Counted from the stretch's first letter, positions 50,854-63,882 are shown. The stretch is DNA of 64,000 bases from Octopus sinensis (GCF_006345805.1 NC_043013.1:29698001-29762000); one strand, 5' to 3'. Notes: generated by a model from the sequence alone, not told the origin. Translations and numbers: made by a program.

Positions 50854-51031
50854 ACTCCCTATAAATGTTTTTTTAGCTGCTATTTCTAATGAGTTCAGTA
50901 TGCGGCAAAGTAATTTATTTTACTAAGCCCTTTTATATAATGTAATAATTTGAATTCGCCTTAAATGGTCCCTTTGCATACTGAACACTTGGTGAAATTG
51001 ATTAATTAATTAATTTTACCCTCAATTGTTG

Positions 51032-51088
<57 letters not shown>

Positions 51089-51094
<6 letters not shown>

Positions 51095-51169
51095 GGAGTT
51101 AAACGCAGGTTATTCAAATTCTTTTACTGCCGACACATTTGAATAACACCTGCGCTTAACTCCATTTAT
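51089..51169. repeat. Near-perfect hairpin (31/33-nt arms, 17-nt loop)
   Basis: ATAAATGGAGTTAAACGCAGGTTATTCAAAT ... ATTTGAATAACACCTGCGCTTAACTCCATTTAT. Confidence 0.9.
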
Positions 51170-51310
51170 TTATCTATATATATTATACAAAATATTTCAC
51201 GTAAACCCGTAGTTTCTACCTTTAAAAACAAGGAGTTACAACCTTTTTACTTGTGTGACTTGTGTAACTATTTATATATTTTGCCATGTTAATTGTTAAC
51301 AAGGAAAAAT

Positions 51311-51359
<49 letters not shown>

Positions 51360-51442
51360 GATATATATATATATAATATATATATACATACATACATGTA
51401 CATACTTATATATATATATGTATATGTATATGCATATGCATA

Positions 51443-51900
51443 TATGGGTGTAGGACATAAAAAACGTAAACAATAGAAAAAGGTGAACATGAATTACATA
51501 AACATGGAAAACGAACTTTTTTTAAACAACGAAAGAAACAAATAGAAAAACGAGACAGGCGACATAAAGCGCAATCCCTTTATCAGTAATCGACTGATTT
51601 ATATACTCCGCATTTCGAGCGTTAGGGCAAGATGCATCTTCGTTAAAATAGTCGCTCCCGCAAAGCAAATTAAATAAATTTGGGATTTATGGAGAGAGGG
51701 TCAAAGCTGGTAACAAAAGCAGGACAGTTAAAACAAACGGTAAGGACTGTTAAGCCATAACGAGGTGAAGTGGTGAACGCTGGAAAACAAACTTTGACAG
51801 GAGACAGACAAAAATGCGTCCGATCCTTTGTAGCCGAACGAGAAGAAAGGAATTCTAGTTAGGAGAAGAAAGATGGCCGCTGGTCACGTGTGAGCAATAA
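51443..51900 (-). mobile_element. Penelope-like element 3' end: GIY-YIG C-terminal remnant, degenerate HHR and pLTR
   Basis: Minus frame ends AFVTSFDPLSINPKFI* (51720-51670), resembling the PLE 'TL.P.GIN..F' terminus. It is followed by TAACGAAG..GCTCGAAATGCGG (51654-51591). Confidence 0.5.
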
Positions 51901-52223
51901 GAAAGTCAAAGAGGAAATGTGAGGGGGAGAGATGGACAGATAGAGAACGGTGAAGGGAGGAGAAGAATTAGAAAAAGGGTGGGAAGAAAACGATCCCATC
52001 ACCTTTAAACAGAATCAGGACAAATTTATTCAAGGAATACTAGATAAACCTTCTATACCTAGATACAATTCACGCAACAAGAACTCCCTACTCGAATGGA
52101 CCATGATACCACAAAACTTGACTTAAAAAGGATTTAGATAATCCTATAAGGTGGTGCTATTAAGTTAGACATGGCCTGGACCAATCTTTGGTCGAAACAT
52201 ATCTAAGTTTTATCTAAGTCATA

Positions 52224-52271
<48 letters not shown>

Positions 52272-52570
52272 ATTTCTGTCACTCACACATCTCTGTAATT
52301 TCGTTACTTCTGTCGCTCCACCGTCTCTGTTACACCATCGCCACTGTCACTCCGCTTCCAGCCTGCCACCATTATCACCTCTGACACAACACTAATACAA
52401 CCTCTGTAACTCTTCTACCACTAGTACTGGCACTCTACCACAGCCCCACACCCGCTCTAGTACCATACCACCACCGCTACCTTTGACACTTTCTTACTGT
52501 CAATTGTGTCACTCTAGCGACTGATATATTCCACTGCCTGAGTCATTCTACTGCCATTACTCCCCCGTCT

Positions 52571-52633
<63 letters not shown>

Positions 52634-53285
52634 TCCTTCTACTTCTACTACTACTACTGTGGTTCTACCATTACCCCCCTCTGCCAATATATCGCTCAGT
52701 GCACAATGAAAATTGAACAGTACACAACAAAAGAAAAACAGCTGAAGCGCTTTGTTTAAAATAGACATTTGCTTTTGTAGGCTCATAGCAATAAATGGCT
52801 AAATATGCTGCTGTGTTAACAGAACTGTATCCTAATGCTTAAAAGTAGAATGCAAATTTATGTTCTCATGAAATACACGCCAAAATGATCTAAACATTTT
52901 TAGGTGTTGCGTACCCGCAAGAATTTCAGTGTACATATGTTACGTAATGGATAAAATCGTTTTATCTATCATTACTTTTTTATACACATAGACCATTAAA
53001 AGTTCCAGAGAACAGCGATTAGCAGTGCTGTTATTTCATAGCTTTATAATTTCGTTTCTATTTCATACAAAGATGTCCAAGTTTTCTCATACTTTTATTA
53101 TATCTATATATATATATATATATATATATTATCCAGATCAGTGTACAAAATATATTAAATATTTCCTATACTCGCATTCAGTAGTTGTACAAGAAGAAAC
53201 ATTTACATATGTGTATACATGCATGCTAAAAGCGCGAAATTATTATATAGCAGAACTAATTTTGCTCGACGTAGAAAAATTAAAC

Positions 53286-53443
53286 AGGCGCAGGAGTGGC
53301 TGTGTGGTAAGAAGCTTGCTTCCCAACCACATTGTTCTGGGTTCAGTCTCATTGCGTGGCACCTTGGGCAAGTGTCTTCCATTATAGCCTCGAGCCTTGT
53401 GAGTGGATTTGGTAGACGGAAACTGAAAGAAGCCCGTCGTATA

Positions 53444-53488
<45 letters not shown>

Positions 53489-53489
53489 G

Positions 53490-53524
<35 letters not shown>

Positions 53525-53726
53525 ATGTGTCTGTGTTTGTCCTCCCCAACATCGCTTGACAACCGATGCTGGTGTGTTTACGTCTCCGTAACTTAGCGGT
53601 TCGGCAAAGAGTTCGATAGAATAAGTACTAGGCTTACAAAGAGTAAGTCCTGGGGTCGATTTGCTCGACTAAAAGCGATGCTCCAACATGGCCACAGCAT
53701 GACTGAAACAAGTAAAAGAGTAAGAG
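53286..53726 (+). mobile_element. SINE family A
   Basis: Full head, core and tail. Confidence 0.9.
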
Positions 53727-53806
53727 TATAATATTCTTGCCAAATTTTCGTGTATGTTTCTAGGGCAATTTGCATACATTTCTTTAGTGTCGTTCCCGCG
53801 TATATA

Positions 53807-54013
53807 CGATGGGATCCTGAAAAGTTCTTGGCTTTAAGAGTATCGCGAAAGGCCTGGCTGAGGCCCAACTCTCCGAGTTCTTTTACAGGTTTTAGAAAAA
53901 CTGAAGGGCTGCTGCAATAGTGTGTGAATCTGAGAGGGGAATATGATGGATAAAATTATATCTAACTGATCCTTCTGAATTTTCTCTTACCTAAAGCTCG
54001 GGACTTTTCAACA

Positions 54014-54020
<7 letters not shown>
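53807..54020. mobile_element. Mariner-type MITE (about 214 bp)
   Basis: TA-CGATGGGATCCTGAAAAGTTCTTGGCTTTA at the left end and TAAAGCTCGGGACTTTTCAACACCCCTCG at the right end form imperfect TIRs. Confidence 0.65.
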
Positions 54021-54068
<48 letters not shown>

Positions 54069-55637
54069 AAGATTTAATATTATTTTCATACATATATTTA
54101 TATTATGTTTGTGCATCTTATTTCTATAGGTAGAGGCATGCGCGCATGCACACTCACACACACACAGAAATATTACAGATATCAAATTCACACATCTGTA
54201 AAAATATGTGTGAATAAATGAGTGCGTATAATGCGTGTGAATTATGAGTGTGAATAATGCGTGCGAATATATGAGAGTTTATAATGCGTGTGAATGTATG
54301 TATATGCTTCATAACTATCTTCTCGACAGGAAGCAGATATAATAGATGCTAAAATCGTAATCTTTAATCGATCATTCCGATCGAATGGGTCTTCATTTTC
54401 GCTGTTTTTTTTCCCCCGAAACCTCGTCGTTTATTGAATGGTCAGCATGGAAATCGACGCAAGAAGTATTAAAGAATCGCTTGGTCGTACGAAGAATATG
54501 ACAGTAATCTTAATGTAAAAGAAAAATTCCTACGACAAAAGGAAACATACCAGGTGATAATAATGAAGCGGCTGCTGTCGTTTCCCTTAACGAAAACTTC
54601 ATTATACCGGAGCACTATGGAGTAATCCAAATCAGTTTTCTCTCACTTAAATGCCTGATCAGATTCTACTGGGAAGAACACACAATCTCCATCATTATTA
54701 CGTAAATGAAGTTATCGAAATTCATCTGATGTAATGCACGGTTGGTTCGCAATGAGTTTTGTCGTGGGATTAACTCGTTCCTTTTCTCAAATGTAAGATA
54801 CAGCAACAACAGAAATATTAACAACAACAGCAGCAGCAACAAAAACACCAACAACAAATGCAACATCAGCAACAGCAACAACAGCTGACGCTTATCGGAT
54901 AGTTATTTATTCTAATCAAAATCATTCTTGATCATAATGAAGTAATTTTTGTTTTTTTCTCCGATTAATATAAATTATAACCGATGCACATAATATTAAA
55001 CAGTCTGTCAAACCTTTGCCATTCTACGTTGCTTTTTAATTTGCTGTTCTTTCTTAATTTATTCAGATTTGGAACAAAATGAAGTTAAAGAGAAAATTGT
55101 ACAAATATATTTTGGAATATTTATGCTTGCCATGTATAAAAAAAAAAATTATCTAAATATTCAAATATATCATTTTACACTCACAATGAAAAACATTAAA
55201 AACTAATAAATCGTGATTTCCAAATCTCCTCTCTCTCTCTCCCCCTTTTCTCTCTCTCTCTTTCTCCCTCTCTTCTACGTGTATCGTCGCTTTTGCTTCT
55301 TCTCTCTCTGTAGCTCTCTGTCGATTCTAGAACTCTCTGCCATGGTTTGACCAATGTACATTCTGTGAGGAATTTGGTTTGTTTTCTCTTTAGTCTTCGG
55401 AGTTTTTTTTTTCCGTTATAAGTTTTGGGTGTATGGGGTGGGAGTGGGGGTAGGGTGCATTCCGATAAATAGATTTTAATAAAATCAACTGAAATCAATA
55501 AAATCAAATTGAAATAAATACTGGGATTGACATGATGAATAATGTACTTGAAGGATGTGCCATACAATGGCTGCATTCCTGGGAATGAAACCAATAGATG
55601 AATTATAAAAGAATATGTGCGCAGGCGTATATTTGTT

Positions 55638-55870
55638 AAGGCGGCGAGCTGGCAGAAACGTTAGCACGCCGGGCGAAATGCGTAGCCGTATTTCGACTGC
55701 CGTTACGTTCTGGGTTCAAACTCCGCCGATGTCGACTTTGCCTTTCATCCTTTCGGGGTCGATTAAGTGAGTACCAGTTGCGCACTGGGGTCAATATAAT
55801 CGACTTAATCCGTTTGTCTGTCCTTGCTTGTCCTCTCTGTGTTTAGCCCCTTGTGGGTAGTAAAGAAATA
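55638..55870 (+). mobile_element. SINE family B, young
   Basis: CpG-rich full copy; aggcgtatatttgtta recurs on both flanks (possible TSD). Confidence 0.9.
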
Positions 55871-56666
55871 GGCGTATATTTGTTAGTGTGTCAGTGAGTA
55901 TGTGTGTGTGAGTGAGAATGTGTGTGTGTGTTGTACAAATCGAAGAACTAGATGGACAGGTAAATACATATCCCAGACATCGGTACAATAAATAGAATCG
56001 ATTCTTTGACCTTACCAAATAAGATATGTCGTTTATCTTCAGAAAATGAGCTTCACTTGACCTTTCCAAGAAAAGTCCAGTTTCTCTTTGCAACGGCTAG
56101 TGATGTGAGACAAAGTAGAATATTGGCTTTTTAATTAGTAGGCGTGTTGACGGAGGCCATGGCATTTACAGACCTTTCTAATCGTCCTAATCTTAAGAGA
56201 TTAATGCAGTTGAAGTTTACCATACATTTCTATACATTGACTCCTATGGGAAATAAACGTAGGAGCTGTCAAATCTCAGTCATATCACTCTAAGACAGTG
56301 CTTCCCAAAGCAGGCGGTAGCAACCCCTGGGAATCAGTAGAAACTGTTATATAGGTACAGAGAACGAAGTAGTGAAGATGATAGATGAGAATCATCTGGT
56401 AATATTGCTTTGATATAGGAGGGCGAGAGGTGTGTGGAGGTTAGTCGATACCAGTGACGTCATTATCTGACAACTATTTTATCTTAATGATCCTGAAATA
56501 ATGAATGTTAAAGTTGTTTTCGGCGTGATTTGAAACCGGAACGTATGAAGTCGTAAGAAATACTGCATGGCTTTTTTCTTGACGCTGTTACAATTCTGTC
56601 AGCTTACTGCTCTTACTCTACGAGTTACACACAAACAAATATAGGTATTATATTATTTCAGATAAC

Positions 56667-56872
56667 AAGGCGGCGAACTGGCAAGAATCGTTAGCACTCA
56701 GAGCAAAACGTTTAGCGGCATTTCACCCGTCTTTACGTTCTAAGCTCAAATTCCGCCGAAGTCGACTTTGCTTTTTATCGCTTTCGGGATCGATAAAATA
56801 AATACCAGTTAAGTACGGGGATCGATTTATTCCTTTCCCCGGAATTACTAGCCTTGTGCCAAAATTTGGAAC
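56667..56872 (+). mobile_element. SINE family B
   Basis: Same head and core. Confidence 0.85.
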
Positions 56873-57269
56873 CAATACGGTCTTGACACGTTTGCTTTGA
56901 GATTCCAAGTCAATAGCGTAGCTGAGAGTGGACGAGACAAGGAGCAACGCTTTTATGGTGGCATCACTTTTGGGTCTGTTGTATAAGTCTGTATAGACTG
57001 TGAAGAAATAAATCTGAAATGTATTTTCTGTTGGGAATCTGGTGGTACAATCTTCGGCGTGCACCAAGCGGTACAACACTGTAGCTACGCCACTGATTTA
57101 AGTTGTCTTTTAATGGTGATGAATGTGCGGACAACAACTTCTTCTATGATTTATCTAATTTCATTGAATTGTAACAAAGACATTGAAAAAAGTGTTTGTA
57201 AAACGTGCGGGTGGGTGGGTGGAGCGGAGAATGATAATTAGAAAAAAAAGAGAAAAGCTTGTGATGATC

Positions 57270-57430
57270 TTCAAAGAGCATTTGAACAAATTTTTATCTG
57301 AGATACCGGATGAATCAATCTCGCTACAGGAGACACAAAGAAGAGCAGTTCCATCCAACTGGCTAATTCACACGAAAAGAAACCCAATAACACAAGAAAG
57401 CGGTGGGCGTTCTTTGGTCTACTTTCTACG
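57270..57430 (+). mobile_element. CR1/L2-type LINE ORF2 C-terminal remnant
   Basis: FKEHLNKFLSEIPDE..TQRRAVPSNWLIH resembles FK..LD.FL..IPD.P...RAA.SNSL. Confidence 0.55.
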
Positions 57431-57502
57431 TCTCTTCATTGGTAAATTTTCTCGCCTAGAGTTTATTTTATTTGAACTTGTCGACGAGGAACTGTGTTTG
57501 TA

Positions 57503-58749
57503 CGAGGGGCGTTCAATAAGTAATGCCCCTGACCCACTTCCCATAGCAGTAGAGCAACGAAACTTGGCACAGTTATTAGTCTTTTTCTACATAGGAACCA
57601 CCCAGAGTTACGCATTTCTCCCATCGTTTGATGCGGCTCTGGAGACCGTTTTTGTAGAAGAACCCAGCTTGGTCCTCCAACCTCAACGTGACTTCAGAAA
57701 TCAAGGCTGCATCATCTGGGAAACGCTTTCCTTTCAAAAACAACTTCATGATTGGGAAGAGGTGAAAATCAGAGGGTGCAAGGTCAGGAAAGTAGGGGGG
57801 ATGGGGAGGAGTTCATAGCCATACGCCTGTGCTTCTGATTTGGCGACAAGCAAGTTGTGGACCGGAGCGTTGTCCTGCAGGAGGAGGATGCCTTTGCTGA
57901 TCTTGCCCTGCCTCTTGATTTTGATAACTTCTCTTAATTTCCTCAAAAGTGAAGCATAATAGGCTCCTGCAATTGTGGTACCCTTTGCCAGGAAATCTGT
58001 CATCACTACTCCGTCCTGGTCCCAGAAGACTGTGAGCATGACCTTGTCAGCGGAGGGCTGCACCCTTGCCTTCTTTGGAGGGGGTGAGTCACGGTGCTTC
58101 CACTGGATTGACTGGGCTTTGGTCTCTGGATCATCGTGATGGACCCAGGTTTCATCCTGTGTAATCAGTCTTTTGAAAAATTTTGATTCATCTTCTTGGC
58201 ACATCTCCAAATTCACCCTCGAGCACTCGACGCGTTCTTGCTTCTGGAAAGGCGTGAGCAACCTGGGAATCCATCTGGCAGACACCTTTTGCATATGCAA
58301 ATGGTCATGAATGATAGTTTCCACAGACCCGGTACTAATCTTGACCTCATGGGCTATTTGGCGAATAATTATGCGTCGATCTTCCAAAATGGCAGCCTCA
58401 ACTTGACGGACAGATGCCTCATCAATGGCAGAAGGGGGCGACCAGATCTGGGAGCTGTTTCCACAGAGTTCCGGCCATGTTTGAATTCACGATGCCAGCG
58501 TTTTATAAGGTCCATTTCATCAAAAGTCTCCCGTGGTGTGCGTCCTTTCAAATACAAAAACCGGATCACTGCTCGACACTCAACAGGCTCCATTTCACAC
58601 TTGACTCGGTTCAAACACCTGTAAATCAGAAACCACAATTAATTCAGAGCTGTAATTTGCCACTTAATCTATAGAGATATAAATGATTGCACATGCTAGA
58701 TCAAACAACTGCAAGTGGGTCAGAGGCATTACTTATTGAACGTCCCTCG
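57503..58749 (-). mobile_element. Near full-length mariner (D,D34D) transposon, 1247 bp, frameshifted transposase
   Basis: 37-bp TIRs CGAGGGGCGTTCAATAAGTAATGCCCCTGACCCACTT (2 mismatches) with TA TSDs. ORF pieces contain WIPRLL, ITQDETWVH, LLQDNAPVH and, after a frameshift, PDLAPSDFHLFP. Confidence 0.95.
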
Positions 58750-59107
58750 TATTTCAATATTCTTTTTTGCGGTTGCTTTATTGTTGCACTCATTTAGCCC
58801 AAGGTCAACTCTGATTGACCAAAATACTAGATCAAAGCATTCAAGCTATGACTATCACGTCAATTTCCTGGGATAATGAAATCAGGAGATCATAATATGT
58901 TACACTCTTTTCTAAGACCGAAAGCTACGGTATGAGTTAATAGGGGTGTTACTTTTAGCAGGTTCGATCATTCGCTTGGTTATAACTCGGTCAGTATTTG
59001 TGTATATTTAAACTTTTGCGTAAGAGAGAGAGAGAGAGAGAGAGTGTGTGTATTTGTGCGCGTGTACTACGATTATGCGTTCATTAAAGACACTTTGCAA
59101 GTGCATG

Positions 59108-59159
<52 letters not shown>

Positions 59160-60521
59160 TGTATGTATGTATTTATGTATGTATGTGTGTGTGTGTATGT
59201 ATGTATGTGTATGTATGTATATATATATGTGTGTGTGTGATTGTATAAGAATCAGTGTGTGTTTGTATATAGGTGTGTTTGTTTACCGTTTTATATATTG
59301 GCGAAGGCTTATGCTGGGATTAAATGATACTTTTGAAGTAACTGAAGCATTTAAACCACAGAGACAAACAACGTATTTGATTGGATGAAAATGGAAAAAG
59401 AGAAAAATTAAACAGCACCAAATCATTTAAATACAGGTCACACATGAGCAGACCATCTTTTAATGTTGGATATCAACGAAATACGCTACAAGATGAATGA
59501 GAGTAAATATAAAAGGTTAATTGACTAAATAATCCTTTACTGGCAAATATTGTTGCAAGGGATTTTTGCTGTTACTGACCACAAAATACGATGAAACAGA
59601 AAGAGAAGAAAAAAAAATAACGAGTATGGTAAACACAGGGAAAAGGAAATCTTTACGCTGTAATAAACCTCGATACGGATTATGTTTGTTCCGAATTTTT
59701 TTTTTACTCTTACAAAATCAGCACCGGTAGATCACGAACCAATCATAAACTGTTTTGTTTTTTCGAGCACTTTTAGTTTTTGTTAAAAAAAAAAATAAAT
59801 GATTTATTTAACCGTGAGTAATTCAGTATATCAGTGTTTAGAATGTTTCTTTTTTTTTTTATAGTTACGGTCTCTAAATAAACAAAAACACAATAAATAT
59901 ATACACAAACACTAAATAGATATACACAGAAGCATTGCTTGCATTTCTTTCTTTTAGAAACACTTGTAAACGTATTACTTTCAAGTTCTGCCCACGCATA
60001 AACACACCTATACACACATAATGTCAAAACCATAGCCGTTACGCGTGAGCGAGTATTAAATGGCAACAGGCACCATTCTTTTGCTAATTGATTTTAGGTA
60101 CCTATGCTTAGCCAATAAGGATAGACACCCTCGTGCTTCTCCAACATTTTAGACCAACAGAACATCAAGGATATGACAAACAGAAGGAGAAAGGGATACG
60201 CCAGTACGAGGATTGTACTCAATTCCGGGCGAGTAGACTGGAACAACGGGAAATGAAGCATCTTGCTCAAGGACACAACGCTCTATCTAGTTCATGATTT
60301 GAACCCATGACTTTATCAATGTATGCCAAACACCCTAACGCGCACATGCACACACACATACATGTAAACATGTATATAAAATACTAAAATTTAGAAGTTA
60401 ATGCAAACTATCCAACACAGAAAAACAAATCATGATATATAAGCTCTAAAATAAATTCGGAAAATTGTAGTGTACAAGTCGACCTCATGACTTTTAGACT
60501 TAGATTCTGAGTTAGGTCTTT

Positions 60522-60918
60522 TCTACTCTAGGCACAAGGCCCAAAATTTTGGGGGAGGGGGCCAGTCGATTAGCTCGATCCCAGTACGCAACTGGTACTT
60601 AATTCATCGACCCCGAAAGGATAAAAGGCAAAGTCGACCTCGGCGGAATTTGAATTCAGAACGTAGCGGCAGACGAAATACCTATATTTTTTTACTTCCC
60701 ACAAGGGGCTAAACACAGAGAGGACAAACAAGGACAGACAAACGGATTAAGTCGATTACATCGACCGCAGTGCGTAACTGGTACTTAATTTATCGACCCC
60801 GAAAGGATGAAAGGCAAAGTCGACCTCAGCGGAATTTGAACTCAGAACGTAAAAAACAGACGAAACACGGCTAAGCATTTCACCCGGCGTGCTAACGTTT
60901 CTACCAGCTCGCTGCCTT
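60522..60918 (-). mobile_element. Two head-to-tail family B SINEs with different 3' tails
   Basis: Core repeated at 60590-60680 and 60775-60865. Confidence 0.85.
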
Positions 60919-61099
60919 AAAATTCTGGGTTAGGTTTATAAATGACGTATAGGTCAAGCCCCACACATACAGAAAGCTACTGGGAAGCCAAAAATAAGAC
61001 CTAAATCAGAATAGACTCTGGTAATTTGTGGCAAAAGCATATGATAAAGCCTACCACTTAAATCGAGACAGTAACTGTAATTCATTTGTCTGAATGGAT

Positions 61100-61516
61100 T
61101 CTTTTACTCTTTTACTTGTTTCAGTCATTTGACTGTGGCCATGCTGGAGTACCACCTTTAGTCGAGCAAATCGACCGCAGGACTTATTCTTTGTAAGCCT
61201 AGTACTTATTCTATCGGTCTCTTTTGCTGAACCGCTAAGTTACGAGGATGTAAACACACTAGTAAGCGATGTTGGGGGGGGGGGCAAAACAGACACTTAA
61301 ACACACACACACACATATATATACATACATATATATATATATACATATATACGATGGGCTTCTTTCAGTTTCCGTTTACCAAATCCACTCACAAGGCTTT
61401 GGTCGGTTCGAGGCTATAGTAGAAGACACTTGCCCAAGGTGCCACGCAGTGGGACTGAACCCGGAACCATGTGGTTGGTAAGCAAGCTACTTACCACACA
61501 GCCACTTCTGCGCCTA
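61100..61516 (-). mobile_element. SINE family A
   Basis: Full-length reverse-complement copy. Confidence 0.9.
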
Positions 61517-61688
61517 TAATTGTTTATAATGAATAGCAAGAAAAGCTAAAACAGAAACCGATAGATGTATTGTTACCCTAGGTCGAGTGTAGCGAATATT
61601 CTTGGGAGTTTGTACCCAAATTGCAAATAATATTCTGAAAAGAATAATTATCATAATTATTCATAGTGGTATTTACAGAATACACCAC

Positions 61689-61720
<32 letters not shown>

Positions 61721-61777
61721 AATACCTCATTTGCAGGAATATGTGATTGTAATAAAAATCATTATATGTGTTTGTAC

Positions 61778-61996
61778 AAGGTGGCGCGCTGGCAGAATCG
61801 TTAGCACGTCGGGCGAAATGCTTAGCGGTATTTTGTCTGCCTTCACGTTCTGAGATCAAATTCCGCCGAGGTCGACTTTGCCTTGCATCCTTTAGGGGGT
61901 GGGGGTGATAAAATAAGTACCAGTTACGTACTGGGTTCGATGTAATTTACTATGTTCTCTCCTCAAATCTCAGGCCCTGTACCTATAGTAGAAAGA
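61778..61996 (+). mobile_element. SINE family B
   Basis: Same head and core. Confidence 0.85.
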
Positions 61997-63112
61997 ATTA
62001 TATGTGTTCGTACTCACGGGTTAATCGACTTTTTAAGTTGCTGGACTTGTGTCTAAATTTGAAACAATTGTTTTATATTAAACTCAATGTTGAAATATTA
62101 CTTAGGTTCACCAAACACGAGTTTTAGTCGGAAATATTTGTAACAGTCTGTAAATGGTGTTCAACGACTCATAGGAGTTCTCTTCCCTTGGTTGACCACA
62201 CTGTTAAAAGTTCGCTTCTCATTCCTTGTCGTATAAGATGAATTCTTGATTTGGAGAGATTTTTCAGGTTTAAAATGATCGACTTTTACCTCAAAGTTTA
62301 CAGTATATATGTATTTAACGGTCATAATATTTAGAGTAAATGTATGAGAAATTATTATACATATAAATTTACATAGTTTGCTTCCTACGTACGTTTCACC
62401 GTTGTTGTTGCTTGAAACCTCTTATCCAGAACGAATAGTCAAGGGAACAACTTATTGCATTATGTTACAGGGATCAAATATCTGTTTAGCGGTCTTATGA
62501 TTCGGCTTCTTACGTTAACAATAGTATTCATCGGCAAGAAAAAAACAATATTCAAAATTTCTCGTTTGTGTTGTGCACGCTGCAGTTATCGCAAAATGTT
62601 GCCATCACAAAATAAAAACGGAGAGAAGCAAAACGGTTACGGTCGAATATGCTAGAAATTTACTGGTAAGATTTTGGAGCATTAGAACTAATTCGATATT
62701 GAAAAGCAGGTCGTTGGCCAGAGAAAGACTTAACAGAAGGTTGCTCCCCACAACAAAAAGAAGCTTGCCGTTAATTACATCAAATTTGCCGAGCATTATA
62801 TTTAGAGAGATTATATTATGGAAACTATTGAACAAAAGATTACATTATAGAAAGACATCACCAAATGAGAGATCAAAGGTAGAAAATCGCAACAATTCAT
62901 AAAAGCTAGGACTAAGGTCGTTAACCGCTATTATTGTGAATGTAAAGGATTAATTTGTGGAGAATGAGCAAAGTATAATCTTTATTCCACACGTACACTG
63001 CACAGCTTTACTCACCAGCTTATCTAACTAGATACATACATTTCGACACAATCCAATATGTAATTTAAGAATAAGCAAAAATTTGATTTCATGTCTGATA
63101 TATCTCTCTTCG

Positions 63113-63419
63113 TGGAGGTACATGGCCAAGTGGTTAGAGCAGCGGACTCGCGGTCGAGGATCGCGGGTTCGAATCTCAGACTGGGCGATGTGTGTGTTTA
63201 TGAGCGGAACACCTAAGCTCCACGCGGCTCCGACAGAAGGTAATGGCAAACTTCTGCTGACTCTTTCGCCACAACACTCTCTCGCTCTTTCCTCCTGCAT
63301 CTTGCAGCTCACCTGCGACGGACCGGCGTACCGTCCAGGTGGGGAACCTATACGCCAAGGAAACCGGGAAACCGGCCCCTATGAGACAAGCGTGGCTCGA
63401 GAAGGAACAAACAACAACA

Positions 63420-63420
<1 letters not shown>
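63113..63420 (+). mobile_element. SINE family C variant
   Basis: tRNA-like head with ggttcgaatctc B box; tail gggaaaccgggaaaccggccc shared with 46280-46310. Confidence 0.8.
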
Positions 63421-63483
<63 letters not shown>

Positions 63484-63485
<2 letters not shown>

Positions 63486-63882
63486 GGCGTAGGAGTGGCT
63501 GTGTGGTAAGTAGCTTGCTTACGAGCCACATGGTTCCGGGTTCAGTCCCACTGCGTGGCACCTTGGGCAAGTGTCTTCTACTATAGTCTCGGCCGACCAA
63601 AGCCTTGTGAGTGGATTTGGTAGATGGAAACTGAAAGAAGCCCGGCCTATATATATATGTATGTATGTATGTGTGTGTATATGTTTGTATGTTTGTGTTT
63701 GTCCCCCCAACATCGCATGACAATCGATGTTGGTGTGTAACATTGCGGTTCGGCAAAAAAGACCAATAGAATAAATACAAGGCTTACAAAGAATAAGTCC
63801 TGCGTTCGATCTGCTCTACTAAAGGCGGTGCTCCAGCATGGCCACAGTCACATGACTGAAACAAGTAAAAGAGTAAAAGAGT
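63484..63882 (+). mobile_element. SINE family A
   Basis: Full head, core and tail. Confidence 0.9.

Larger units (their letters stand above)
50094..51039 (-). mobile_element. Non-autonomous Penelope-like element: tandem pseudo-LTRs plus an inverted truncated copy
   Basis: Direct repeats 50094-50322 and 50631-50860; inverted arms 50509-50688 and 50860-51039; one HHR in each direct repeat. Confidence 0.7.

Noticed and set aside
57183-57818. 211-aa ORF
   Set aside because: A chance fusion of a LINE C-terminal remnant with the antisense strand of the mariner.
58196-58674. + strand ORFs of 142 and 86 aa
   Set aside because: Antisense shadows of the mariner transposase.
62573-62902. 109-aa ORF faintly resembling an Ac-type hAT (CVVH..., RNLLVRF)
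   Set aside because: The similarity is too weak to call by eye; it needs a profile search.
63113-63190. tRNA-like sequence (also 26245-26322, 8826-8903, 20352-20425, 21650-21727)
   Set aside because: Acceptor stems do not pair and each continues into a SINE body; these are tRNA-derived heads, not tRNA genes.
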